A stretch of 64,000 bases of DNA from Candidatus Uhrbacteria bacterium. Its GTDB lineage: Bacteria > Patescibacteriota > Patescibacteriia > UBA9934 > GWF2-40-263. Below the pieces are notes generated by a model. It did no database searches and was not told the DNA's origin. It saw nothing but the letters and a program-made list of their open reading frames with translations. Position 1 is the stretch's first letter. Every line of letters begins with the position of its first letter. Made by a program: the position numbers and the translations under genes. This document shows, piece after piece, positions 1-9,151 of the stretch. The stretch lies in assembly GCA_037131775.1 (NCBI GenBank), contig JBAXQK010000001.1, positions 76,708 to 140,707 on the forward strand. The letters run 5' to 3'.

Positions 1-524
1 GGAAGACGATCCTTGCCAGCTTCTCCGACGTGACGAACAATCCGAAGTTCGAGGATGTCCTGCCGGTCGGGAAGATGATCGTCGACGAGTATTCGAAAGG
101 GACGTACCAGAAGGTGATCGTCGCCTACACCGACTTCATCAGCGCCCTGACGCAGAACCCGGTCGTGCTCGACCTTCTGCCGCTCGACAGCGTTGCCAGC
201 GAGAAGTTCGAGGACGGGGTCGGCAAGAATCCGACGACGGCGGTCGCGCACGAGACATCGACCACCGAGTACGCCTTCGAGCCATCGGCCGGAGCCGTCC
301 TAGACAAGATTCTCCCGCGGCTCATCGAGACGATGGTCTACCAGGCCGTGCTCGAGTCCGCCGCCTCCGAGCACTCGGCGCGCATGATGGCCATGCGCAG
401 CGCCAGCGACTCGGCCGGCGAAATGATCGACGCGCTTACCTTCACCTTTAACCAAGCCAGACAGGCTGGAATTACCCAGGAGATTGCGGAGATTAGCAGC
501 GGTAAGGCGGCCCTTGAGAATTAA
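1..524 (+). CDS. atpG: ATP synthase F1 gamma subunit, C-terminal part (5' end outside window)
   Basis: ORF runs in from the window edge. C-terminal region ...RMMAMRSASDSAGEMIDALTFTFNQARQAGITQEIAEI... is typical of the gamma C-terminal helix. It is directly followed by atpD and atpC. Confidence 0.85.
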   Translation, partial: KTILASFSDVTNNPKFEDVLPVGKMIVDEYSKGTYQKVIVAYTDFISALTQNPVVLDLLPLDSVASEKFEDGVGKNPTTAVAHETSTTEYAFEPSAGAVLDKILPRLIETMVYQAVLESAASEHSARMMAMRSASDSAGEMIDALTFTFNQARQAGITQEIAEISSGKAALEN

Positions 525-1985
<1,461 letters not shown>

Positions 1986-1986
1986 A

Positions 1987-2060
1987 GGGTTTGTAGTGAG
2001 TAGTAGGTAGTGAGTAGTTTTACACAACTCACAACTCACGACTCACTACAAACTAAACCC
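1987..2060. repeat. Intercistronic hairpin GGGTTTGTAGTGAGTAG...CTCACTACAAACTAAACCC between atpD and atpC (same family)
   Basis: Near-perfect inverted repeat of about 30 nt arms. The 3' arm runs into ccCCTATG (atpC start). Confidence 0.65.
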
Positions 2061-2063
2061 CCT

Positions 2064-2480
2064 ATGAAAATCTCACTCAAAATCGTAACGCCAGAGCGCG
2101 TCGTCTACGAGGACGCCGCCATCGATTCGGTCACCGCCATGACGGACTCGGGCGAGGTGACGATCTTGCCGGGCCACGTCCCGCTCGTGTCGAACCTTCG
2201 TGCCGGCGAGATGCGGCTCATGAAGGACGGCGAGGAAATCCTCCTTGCGGCGTCCACGGGATTCCTCCAGGTGAACGCGGGATCGCAAGTCGTGATCCTC
2301 GCAGACACCGCCGAGCGCGTCGAGGAACTCGAGCTCGCCAAGATCGAGACCGCCAAGGAGCACGCCCAGAAGCTGATGCTCGAGAAACACGTCGATGACG
2401 TCTCGTTCGCCCACGCGGCCGCGATGTTGGAGAGGGAACTGGCGCGGTACAAGGTGGCGATGAAGAAGCGGAAGCACTAG
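2064..2480 (+). CDS. atpC: ATP synthase F1 epsilon subunit
   Basis: MKISLKIVTPERVVYEDAAIDSVTAMTDSGEVTILPGHVPL... matches the epsilon family. Sits after atpD. Confidence 0.85.
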   Translation: MKISLKIVTPERVVYEDAAIDSVTAMTDSGEVTILPGHVPLVSNLRAGEMRLMKDGEEILLAASTGFLQVNAGSQVVILADTAERVEELELAKIETAKEHAQKLMLEKHVDDVSFAHAAAMLERELARYKVAMKKRKH

Positions 2481-2496
2481 GCCAATAAACATTGAC

Positions 2497-2545
2497 GATC
2501 CCCGCCACTTAGTGACGGGGATCGTTTCGTTTATTAGTCTTTTCG
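2497..2545 (+). terminator. Rho-independent terminator after atpC
   Basis: GATCCCCG-(loop)-CGGGGATC stem followed by GTTTCGTTTATTAGTCTTTT. Confidence 0.6.
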
Positions 2546-2557
2546 CGCTTGAAAGAA

Positions 2558-2590
2558 AAAACCGACGCGAGGGGCGTCGGCGGAGGCTTA
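2558..2590 (-). terminator. Rho-independent terminator for the minus-strand 89-aa gene
   Basis: CCGACGCGAGGGGCGTCGG stem. On the minus strand it is followed by TTTTTTCTTTC. Confidence 0.55.
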
Positions 2591-2857
2591 GTCGAGCCCT
2601 TCCCGGATCTCGATCTGGGACGGGTCGACCTTGTTGATCGCCGCGAGGACGAGCGTGGCCGTCTCGCGGGTGATGGCGGGGGAAACGATGGCGTCGTACC
2701 CGCCGTCGTCACTCCGTTCGAAGACGAACTCGACGGGGCCCGTGCCGGGCGATGCGTCGATCGTTACGAATGGATGCCGCTTGTTCTTGGGAACAAAGTC
2801 TTCCCAAGTCATGTTGTCGTCGTTGAAACCGCCGGGGGCAGAATAGATGATCGGCAA
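2588..2857 (-). CDS. Hypothetical small protein (89 aa), TTG start
   Basis: ORF with balanced composition. GGAGAA lies 8 nt upstream of the start. Flanked by a terminator. No family recognised. Confidence 0.4.
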   Translation of the reverse strand: MPIIYSAPGGFNDDNMTWEDFVPKNKRHPFVTIDASPGTGPVEFVFERSDDGGYDAIVSPAITRETATLVLAAINKVDPSQIEIREGLD

Positions 2858-2945
2858 GGTTGATTCTCCATGGGTCGTTCAGACCCGCATTGAGTGACAC
2901 GAGCAAGGAACAGACGGATGGCGAGGATACAGGAAAAATGGCCGT

Positions 2946-2974
2946 CTGTCAAGATACGGAGGCAGTGCTATAAT
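2946..2974 (+). promoter_or_regulatory. Sigma70-like promoter (CTGTCA-17-TGcTATAAT) giving an essentially leaderless transcript for the helicase-nuclease gene
   Basis: Extended -10 TGnTATAAT at 2966-2974, only 9 nt before the ATG at 2984. A -35-like CTGTCA lies 17 nt upstream. Confidence 0.45.
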
Positions 2975-2983
2975 GCGCCCACT

Positions 2984-5896
2984 ATGTCCGACCTCCTCCA
3001 AAACCTCAACCCGGAACAATCCGCCGCCGTGACGCACCGCGACGGGCCGCTTATGATCGTCGCCGGGGCCGGGACGGGGAAGACGACCGTGATTACGAAG
3101 CGGATCGCGTACCTGATCGAACAGGGACTGGCGAAGCCGGAGAATATCCTCGCGCTCACGTTTACGGACAAGGCAGCGGGCGAGATGGAGGAGCGCGTCG
3201 ATTGTCTTTTGCCGTACGGGTATCTTGAATTATCGATTTCGACGTTCCACGCGTTTTGCGAGAAGCTGCTGCGCGAATACGGCGTTGAGATCGGCCTGTC
3301 GCGCGACTTCCACGTTTCGTCGGAGCTCGACGCGTGGCTGCTTGCGCGTCGAAACCTCGAGCGATTCGAGCTCGATTATTATCGTCCGCTCGGGAACCCG
3401 ACGAAGTACCTGCGCGGCTTGCTTACGCATTTCTCGCGCGCCAAGGACGCAGCGATCGACCCGGCGGGGTATCTGGCGCATGCGAATGCTCGAAACGAAG
3501 CTAGCGGGACTAAAGTCCCTGGGAATCTTGATGAGACGGACGATGAAGCCGTCTCGGACATTAAGAGACTGACCGAGCTCGCCAACGGTTACAACACCTA
3601 TCAGTCGATTCTCCTCGAGAACGACACGCTCGACTTCGGCGACTTGCTCATGTACACGCTGAAGCTCCTCCGCGAGCGTCCGCGAGTCCTCGAGGCGCTG
3701 CGACGGCGGTACACCTACGTCCTCGTCGACGAGTTCCAGGATACGAACCTCACGCAGTACGAGATCGTCAAGCTGATCGCGGCTCCGCGGAACAATATCA
3801 CGATCGTGGGCGACGACGACCAGGCGGTGTACTCGTGGCGCGGGGCGACGATTGAGAATATCCTGACGTTTCAGACGGACTATCCGGACGCGAAGAAGAT
3901 CGTTCTGACGCAGAACTACCGGTCCGTCCAGAAGATCCTCGACCACGCGCACTCGTTCATCCAGGCGAACAATCCGCACCGGCTCGAGTCGATTGGTAAT
4001 CTCGACAAGAAGCTACAGTCCAATCGTACCGACGAGGGAATCGTCGGTCACATCCACGTGCCGACGCTCGATGAGGAGACCGAGGCCGTCGCCCAAAAAA
4101 TACTCGACCTACGTGTCGCGCATCCCGACATGAGCTGGAGCGACGTGGCCATTTTGTCGCGCTCGAACGATGCGGCCGTGCCGTTCCTCTCGACGATGGA
4201 GCGCCACGGGATCCCGTACCAGTTCATGGCCCTTCGCGGCCTGTACGCCAAGCCGATCGTCCTCGACCTCATGGCCTACCTCCGCGCCGTCGCGACTCCT
4301 CACGACAGCCCGTCGTTCTATCGCGTCCTCGCGCACCCGATGCACAACCTCCCGCATCTCGCCATCGCCGAGCTGTCGCAGTTCGCCAACCGAAAAGGGA
4401 AGTCGTTGTTCGACGCGTGCAACATGATTTTGGAGTTGAATACGATAAGTGCTCAAGCCATCGAGACGGTCCAGAACCTCCTTGTTCAGATCGAATCCTT
4501 CCGCCAGTCCGCCGCACACGGAAAGGTCTCAGAGCACTTCGTCAAAGTCGCCCGCGACGCCGGGTTCGTCGCGTTCGCCAACGATCTTCCCGAGCAGGAC
4601 AAGATGGACAACTTCCGCTATCTCCAACAGTTCTACGAGCGCCTCAAGCGGTTCGAGGCCTCGCACGACCATCCGATCCTCCGCAACTTCCTCGACGAGT
4701 TCCAGCAGGAGCTCGACGCGGGCGAGGAGGGATCGCTCACGTTCGATCCGGACGTCGGCCCGGACATGGTTCGCGTCATGACCGTCCACGCCTCGAAGGG
4801 CCTCGAGTTCCGCTTCGTGTTCGTCATCTCGATGATCGATCAACGCTTTCCGTCCGTGTCGCGCGCGGAGGCGATCTCGCTTCCAGACGGACTGACCGGA
4901 CCGTCGAAGTCGACGGACGGCGAAGACGACAAGCTCGCGCATCTCGAGGAAGAGCGCCGGTTGTTTTACGTCGCGATTACGCGCGCGAAGGAACAGCTCT
5001 ACCTCACGTCCGCCGACGACTACGGCGGATCGCGCAAGCGCAAGCTGTCGCGGTTCCTCACCGAGCTCGGGTTCGACAAGCCGGCCGGCCGAGACGCGAC
5101 GAAGGCCGACCCGTTCACCGACGACCCGTCCGTCCCGCCGCCGACCGCCGAAGCCCCAATCATCCACCTCCCAAAACAATTCTCCTTCACCCAACTCTCC
5201 GCCTTCAAAACCTGCCCGCTCCAATATAAATTCGCCCACGTCCTCAAAATCCCCGTCTTCGGAAAAGCCTCGTTCTCGTTCGGAAAGACCATGCACGAGA
5301 CGCTTCATCGTTACTTCGTCGAGTGGATGGACCAAGAATCGCCCGTCCCCCTCGACGATCTCTACCGGCTCTTCGACGAGAACTGGCAGGACGACTGGTA
5401 CGAGGACGATCTCGAACGCGAGAAGTTCCGCACGCAAGGCCGCGATCAGCTCAAAGCATTCTTCGACTTTCTCAAGGACCATCCGCCGGCTCCGGTGTAC
5501 CTCGAGCAAGACTTCACACTCAAGTTCGGCGACACTATCCTCAAGGGCCGCATCGACCGCATCGATACGGTCGAGGGCGGCGTCGAGATCATCGACTACA
5601 AGACGGGAACTCCGAAGGTCGACGGCAAGATCGACGCGTCCGACAAGGAACAGCTGTACCTCTACCAGATGGCCGCCCGCGACATCCTCGGTCTGAACGT
5701 CGTGAAACTCACCTACCACTATCTCCAGGACAACTCGCAGGTTTCCTTCATCGGCGACCCGGACGACCTGCTCAACCTCCAGGAAAAAATCCTCGACCGC
5801 GTGGACGGGATCAAGAAGAGCTCGTTCATCGCGACCCCGGGATTCCACTGCCAGTTCTGCGACTTCAAGGATATTTGCGAATTTAGACAACGTTAG
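2984..5896 (+). CDS. UvrD/PcrA-family SF1 helicase fused to a C-terminal PD-(D/E)xK nuclease with a Cas4/AddB-like Fe-S cysteine cluster (AddA-like helicase-nuclease)
   Basis: Walker A AGAGTGKT; UvrD motifs (TFT, DEFQDTN, QNYRS); C-terminal ...FKTCPLQYKF...IDYKTG...FHCQFCDFKDIC. Start taken at MSDLLQNLNPEQ. Confidence 0.8.
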   Translation: MSDLLQNLNPEQSAAVTHRDGPLMIVAGAGTGKTTVITKRIAYLIEQGLAKPENILALTFTDKAAGEMEERVDCLLPYGYLELSISTFHAFCEKLLREYGVEIGLSRDFHVSSELDAWLLARRNLERFELDYYRPLGNPTKYLRGLLTHFSRAKDAAIDPAGYLAHANARNEASGTKVPGNLDETDDEAVSDIKRLTELANGYNTYQSILLENDTLDFGDLLMYTLKLLRERPRVLEALRRRYTYVLVDEFQDTNLTQYEIVKLIAAPRNNITIVGDDDQAVYSWRGATIENILTFQTDYPDAKKIVLTQNYRSVQKILDHAHSFIQANNPHRLESIGNLDKKLQSNRTDEGIVGHIHVPTLDEETEAVAQKILDLRVAHPDMSWSDVAILSRSNDAAVPFLSTMERHGIPYQFMALRGLYAKPIVLDLMAYLRAVATPHDSPSFYRVLAHPMHNLPHLAIAELSQFANRKGKSLFDACNMILELNTISAQAIETVQNLLVQIESFRQSAAHGKVSEHFVKVARDAGFVAFANDLPEQDKMDNFRYLQQFYERLKRFEASHDHPILRNFLDEFQQELDAGEEGSLTFDPDVGPDMVRVMTVHASKGLEFRFVFVISMIDQRFPSVSRAEAISLPDGLTGPSKSTDGEDDKLAHLEEERRLFYVAITRAKEQLYLTSADDYGGSRKRKLSRFLTELGFDKPAGRDATKADPFTDDPSVPPPTAEAPIIHLPKQFSFTQLSAFKTCPLQYKFAHVLKIPVFGKASFSFGKTMHETLHRYFVEWMDQESPVPLDDLYRLFDENWQDDWYEDDLEREKFRTQGRDQLKAFFDFLKDHPPAPVYLEQDFTLKFGDTILKGRIDRIDTVEGGVEIIDYKTGTPKVDGKIDASDKEQLYLYQMAARDILGLNVVKLTYHYLQDNSQVSFIGDPDDLLNLQEKILDRVDGIKKSSFIATPGFHCQFCDFKDICEFRQR
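3506..3526. repeat. Family-2 palindromic element half/short copy (GGGACTAAAGTCCCTGGGAAT) in-frame inside the helicase gene
   Basis: Identical 21-mer to one arm of the full palindrome at 49642-49690. Encodes SGTKVPGN in the host frame. Confidence 0.6.
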
Positions 5897-5973
5897 GCCG
5901 CAGGCACGAATGCCGAGAGGCCGTAGGGGAACGCGTCCACCTACGGCCTCTCATCCTACGGCCTTCAATCCTT

Positions 5974-6276
5974 ATGGACTCCCTCAAGGGCCTGCTCTCA
6001 AACATGCTCGCGCGGCATCAGATCACCAAGCAGGTGACCACCGCGCGGATTATCGAGGAGGCGAACGCCGCGATCGCGGCGTTGCTTCCGGCTGGGCGAG
6101 AGGGCGACGCGACGGCGGTATCGGTCCGCGAGGGGACCGTCGCCGTGAGTTGTCGCAATGCCGGGGCGGCGGCGTTTCTGCACGATCGCGAGGAACCGAT
6201 TCTCGTCTCGATCAAGAAGGCGCTGCCCGGCGCGCAGGTCGATCGGGTGCGGACCAGGGTGAGTGGTGGGTGGTAA
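5974..6276 (+). CDS. Small DUF721/DciA-like protein (hypothetical)
   Basis: About 100 aa, a conserved-looking pattern of hydrophobic and Gly positions with a cysteine; sits beside a replication/repair gene. Weak assignment. Confidence 0.35.
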   Translation: MDSLKGLLSNMLARHQITKQVTTARIIEEANAAIAALLPAGREGDATAVSVREGTVAVSCRNAGAAAFLHDREEPILVSIKKALPGAQVDRVRTRVSGGW

Positions 6277-6322
6277 GTGGTTAGTGGTATACTACTCACT
6301 ACAAACCACTCACTACTCACCT
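6263..6322. repeat. GTGAGT/ACTCAC leader hairpin preceding the membrane-protein start
   Basis: GGTGAGTGGTGGGTGGTAAGTGGTTAGTGGTA / TACTACTCACTACAAACCACTCACTACTCACC inverted repeat. Ends ...CACCTGTG with GTG as the putative start. Confidence 0.6.
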
Positions 6323-6706
6323 GTGACCTTCAAGCAGTTTCTCATCCTGATGTTGATCACCACCGGCGCCGCGTGGTTCGCGTTCGGCGCCGTCGTGTGG
6401 TCCATCGATCCGACGCGGTCGGGGACGCTTGGGTTCGCGTTCTTCTACGCGACGCTCTCGCTCGCGCTCATCGGGACGCTTACCATCTGCGGGACCGGGC
6501 TCCGGACGCTGACGCACCGCGACGAGATTATCTCGCGCCACGTCTCCAAGGCATTCCGCCAGGCGTTTCTCTTTACCGTCCTCGTGGATGTTTCGCTCGC
6601 CCTCTCCGCGGAGGACTTCTTTCGATGGTGGACCGCCACGATCCTGATCCTGCTACTTGCCGTGGTCGAACTCGTGTTCATGAGCGCACAACGTCCGAGA
6701 GGTTAG
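6323..6706 (+). CDS. Hypothetical small integral membrane protein (GTG start assumed)
   Basis: Three or four hydrophobic segments (FLILMLITTGAAWFAFGAVVW...). The start is ambiguous because of the upstream hairpin. Confidence 0.35.
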   Translation: MTFKQFLILMLITTGAAWFAFGAVVWSIDPTRSGTLGFAFFYATLSLALIGTLTICGTGLRTLTHRDEIISRHVSKAFRQAFLFTVLVDVSLALSAEDFFRWWTATILILLLAVVELVFMSAQRPRG

Positions 6707-6773
6707 CCATAATTTTCACCTTGCGAAACCGGGCGTGAACGGGTAAAGTAACGAGGCTAAACGCCTTGTTTTT

Positions 6774-7826
6774 ATGTTCAACAAACTGCTCGGAAAATTC
6801 TCGAAGGACCTGGGGATCGACCTTGGGACCGCCAATACGCGGGTATTCGTGCGCGAGAAGGGAATCATGGTCAACGAGCCGTCCGTCGTCGCAGTCAACA
6901 CGCGCACCGACCAGATTCTGGCCGTGGGCTCCGACGCCCGCGACATGATCGGCAAGACCCCGCCGCACATCATGACCACGCGGCCGCTGCACAAGGGCGT
7001 TATCTCGGACTTCGAGGTGGCGGAGAAAATGCTGAAGTACTTCATCGACCGCGTGCACAAGGAATCGTTCACCATCGTCCCGCGCCCGCGCATCGTCATC
7101 GGCGTTCCACTCGAGACGACGGAGGTCGAGCGCAAGGCCATCGAGGACGCCGCGCTTTCTGCCGGCGCCCGCGAGGTGTTTCTCGTGGAGACGCCGATGC
7201 TCTCGGCCATCGGCGCGCGCCTTCCCATCACGGAGTCCGTCGGCATGATGGTCGTGGACATCGGCGGGGGGACGACGGAGATCGCCGTGCTGTCGCTCGG
7301 CGGAGTCGTCACGTGGAAGTCGCTTCCGATCGCCGGCGACGAGCTGAACAAGAACATTGTTCAGTACGCGCGCGACGTGTTCAACCTGCTGCTCGGCGAG
7401 CGCGTGGCCGAGGCGGTGAAGATTCGCATCGGGTCCGTGATCGATCAGACCGAGCCGCTCTCGATGGAGATGCGCGGACGCGACCTTCTCTCGGGGCTTC
7501 CGAAAGAGATCATCGTCACGGATTCCCAGATTCGCGAAGCGATCCAGCGATCCGTCGCCACCATCGTCCAGAATATCAAGGCAACTCTCGAGGTTACCCC
7601 TCCGGAGCTGGTCGCGGACATCTATGAGCGGGGAATCGTCCTTACCGGCGGAGGTTCCATGCTGCGTGGCATCGAACAGCTCATCGCGCGCCAGGCCGAG
7701 ATCCCGGTGCGCGTCGCGGAAGATCCTCTCACCTGTGCCGTTCGCGGCGCCGGAGCCCTGCTTGAAAACGACGCGCTTCTCAAGGACCTTGCCCTCCCTT
7801 CGGCGAGCCACGGAAGCATCATCTAG
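6774..7826 (+). CDS. mreB: Rod shape-determining actin homolog MreB
   Basis: GIDLGTANTRV, EPSVVA, DIGGGTTE actin-fold motifs. Confidence 0.95.
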   Translation: MFNKLLGKFSKDLGIDLGTANTRVFVREKGIMVNEPSVVAVNTRTDQILAVGSDARDMIGKTPPHIMTTRPLHKGVISDFEVAEKMLKYFIDRVHKESFTIVPRPRIVIGVPLETTEVERKAIEDAALSAGAREVFLVETPMLSAIGARLPITESVGMMVVDIGGGTTEIAVLSLGGVVTWKSLPIAGDELNKNIVQYARDVFNLLLGERVAEAVKIRIGSVIDQTEPLSMEMRGRDLLSGLPKEIIVTDSQIREAIQRSVATIVQNIKATLEVTPPELVADIYERGIVLTGGGSMLRGIEQLIARQAEIPVRVAEDPLTCAVRGAGALLENDALLKDLALPSASHGSII

Positions 7827-7829
7827 CCC

Positions 7830-8621
7830 ATGAGACGCGATACCAGGCGCATGCTGTTTCCAGGAATGGCGATCGCTTCGATCGTCATTCTTGCGATATT
7901 CTTTCGGGGTTCGCTTTCGGACGCGCTCGCATTCGTACAGCGTCCCCTTGCCGCCTTTGGCACATGGATCGGAAACAAGACGGTCGGAGCGTTCGACGCG
8001 GCCACGGTGTCTCCCGAGCGCGTTGCCAATCTGGAGACCGAGCGGGATCAGGTCGTCGTCGACCACGCGGAACTCGAGCGTTTGCGCGTCGAGAACCAGG
8101 AGTTGCGTACCCAGCTTGGGTTTTTGGACCGACGAGGGGAACGGTCGGTCGCCTGTTCGATCGTGAGCCGATCGATTGGTCCGGACGCGTCGGCGTTCGT
8201 CATCGACCGCGGGACGGACGACGGCGTCATCGTCGGGGCTCCGGCCATTTCCGGGGATGGTATCCTGGTCGGGAAGGTCGTGTCCGCATACTCCGGGTCC
8301 GCGACGGTCCGCGTCATCTCCGACCGAGACTCGGCGACCGCGGTGACCATTCTAAACGGAACGCGCACGATCGGCATCGCGGAAGGGATGTCCGGCGCGC
8401 TTCTCTCGCTCCGATACATTCCCCAGGACGAGCGCATCCAGGTCAATGACATCGTCGTCACCTCCGGCCTCGAGTCGAACGTCCCGAGCGGACTTGTCGT
8501 CGGCATCGTCAACGCCGTGACGACGGACGCGACCGCGCCGTTCCAATCCGCGGTGCTCGAACCTCTTGGCGACGCGCGCCGACTAAGCGTCGTGTCCGTG
8601 CTCCTGCCGGAATCCCTATGA
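7830..8621 (+). CDS. mreC: Rod shape-determining protein MreC
   Basis: N-terminal TM, coiled-coil region, C-terminal beta domain. Lies between mreB and mreD. Confidence 0.7.
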   Translation: MRRDTRRMLFPGMAIASIVILAIFFRGSLSDALAFVQRPLAAFGTWIGNKTVGAFDAATVSPERVANLETERDQVVVDHAELERLRVENQELRTQLGFLDRRGERSVACSIVSRSIGPDASAFVIDRGTDDGVIVGAPAISGDGILVGKVVSAYSGSATVRVISDRDSATAVTILNGTRTIGIAEGMSGALLSLRYIPQDERIQVNDIVVTSGLESNVPSGLVVGIVNAVTTDATAPFQSAVLEPLGDARRLSVVSVLLPESL

Positions 8622-9151
8622 TGAAGGCGCTGGCCCTCTCGATTCTGTTTCTCCTGCTCGCCATCGTCCAGACGAGCTTCTTTTCGGCGCTTCCCGGAAT
8701 CCTCGCCTATGCGCCGCTCGTGATCGCGGCCGGCATCTATCTTCGCCAGCACGTCCAAGAACCTTCCGGGGCGTTCTGGATCGTTACGTTTGGGCTTTTT
8801 CTCGACATGCTCGCAATCCCGTCGTTTCCGCTTGAGACGATTTCGTATGGCGCGGCCGCCATCGCGGTTTCCCTCACGTCCCAGCATGTCTTTTCAAATC
8901 GTTCCTGGTACGGCCTGATCGCATGCGGGGGATCGGCGATCGTCGCGATGAACGTGACGCGCGCGGTCATCCTCGGCATCGTCGCGCTCCGTCATCCGGA
9001 GCGCGTCTCCTGGCACGCGTTCGGTGAAACGCTCCTCTGGAACCTGGTACTCCTATTCGTTTTCCTCGCGATTTTCTTCGCGTTTGCCGGCCAGATCCGT
9101 TCGTTCCTGAAAACGACCTTCATGATCTCCAAGGATCGTGACACGCTGTAA
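8618..9151 (+). CDS. mreD: Rod shape-determining protein MreD-like membrane protein
   Basis: Polytopic small membrane protein. Overlaps the mreC stop by 4 nt. Start sits in a CCTATG context. Confidence 0.6.
   Translation: MMKALALSILFLLLAIVQTSFFSALPGILAYAPLVIAAGIYLRQHVQEPSGAFWIVTFGLFLDMLAIPSFPLETISYGAAAIAVSLTSQHVFSNRSWYGLIACGGSAIVAMNVTRAVILGIVALRHPERVSWHAFGETLLWNLVLLFVFLAIFFAFAGQIRSFLKTTFMISKDRDTL

Noticed and set aside
5910-6284. Alternative longer ORF overlapping the DUF721-like gene, plus N-terminal extensions of several track ORFs (558, 2010, 2894, 22891, 6263, 52435 and similar)
   Set aside because: The extensions run through intergenic repeat hairpins or Arg-rich sequence. Internal Met or GTG starts give N-termini that match known families, so the downstream starts were used.
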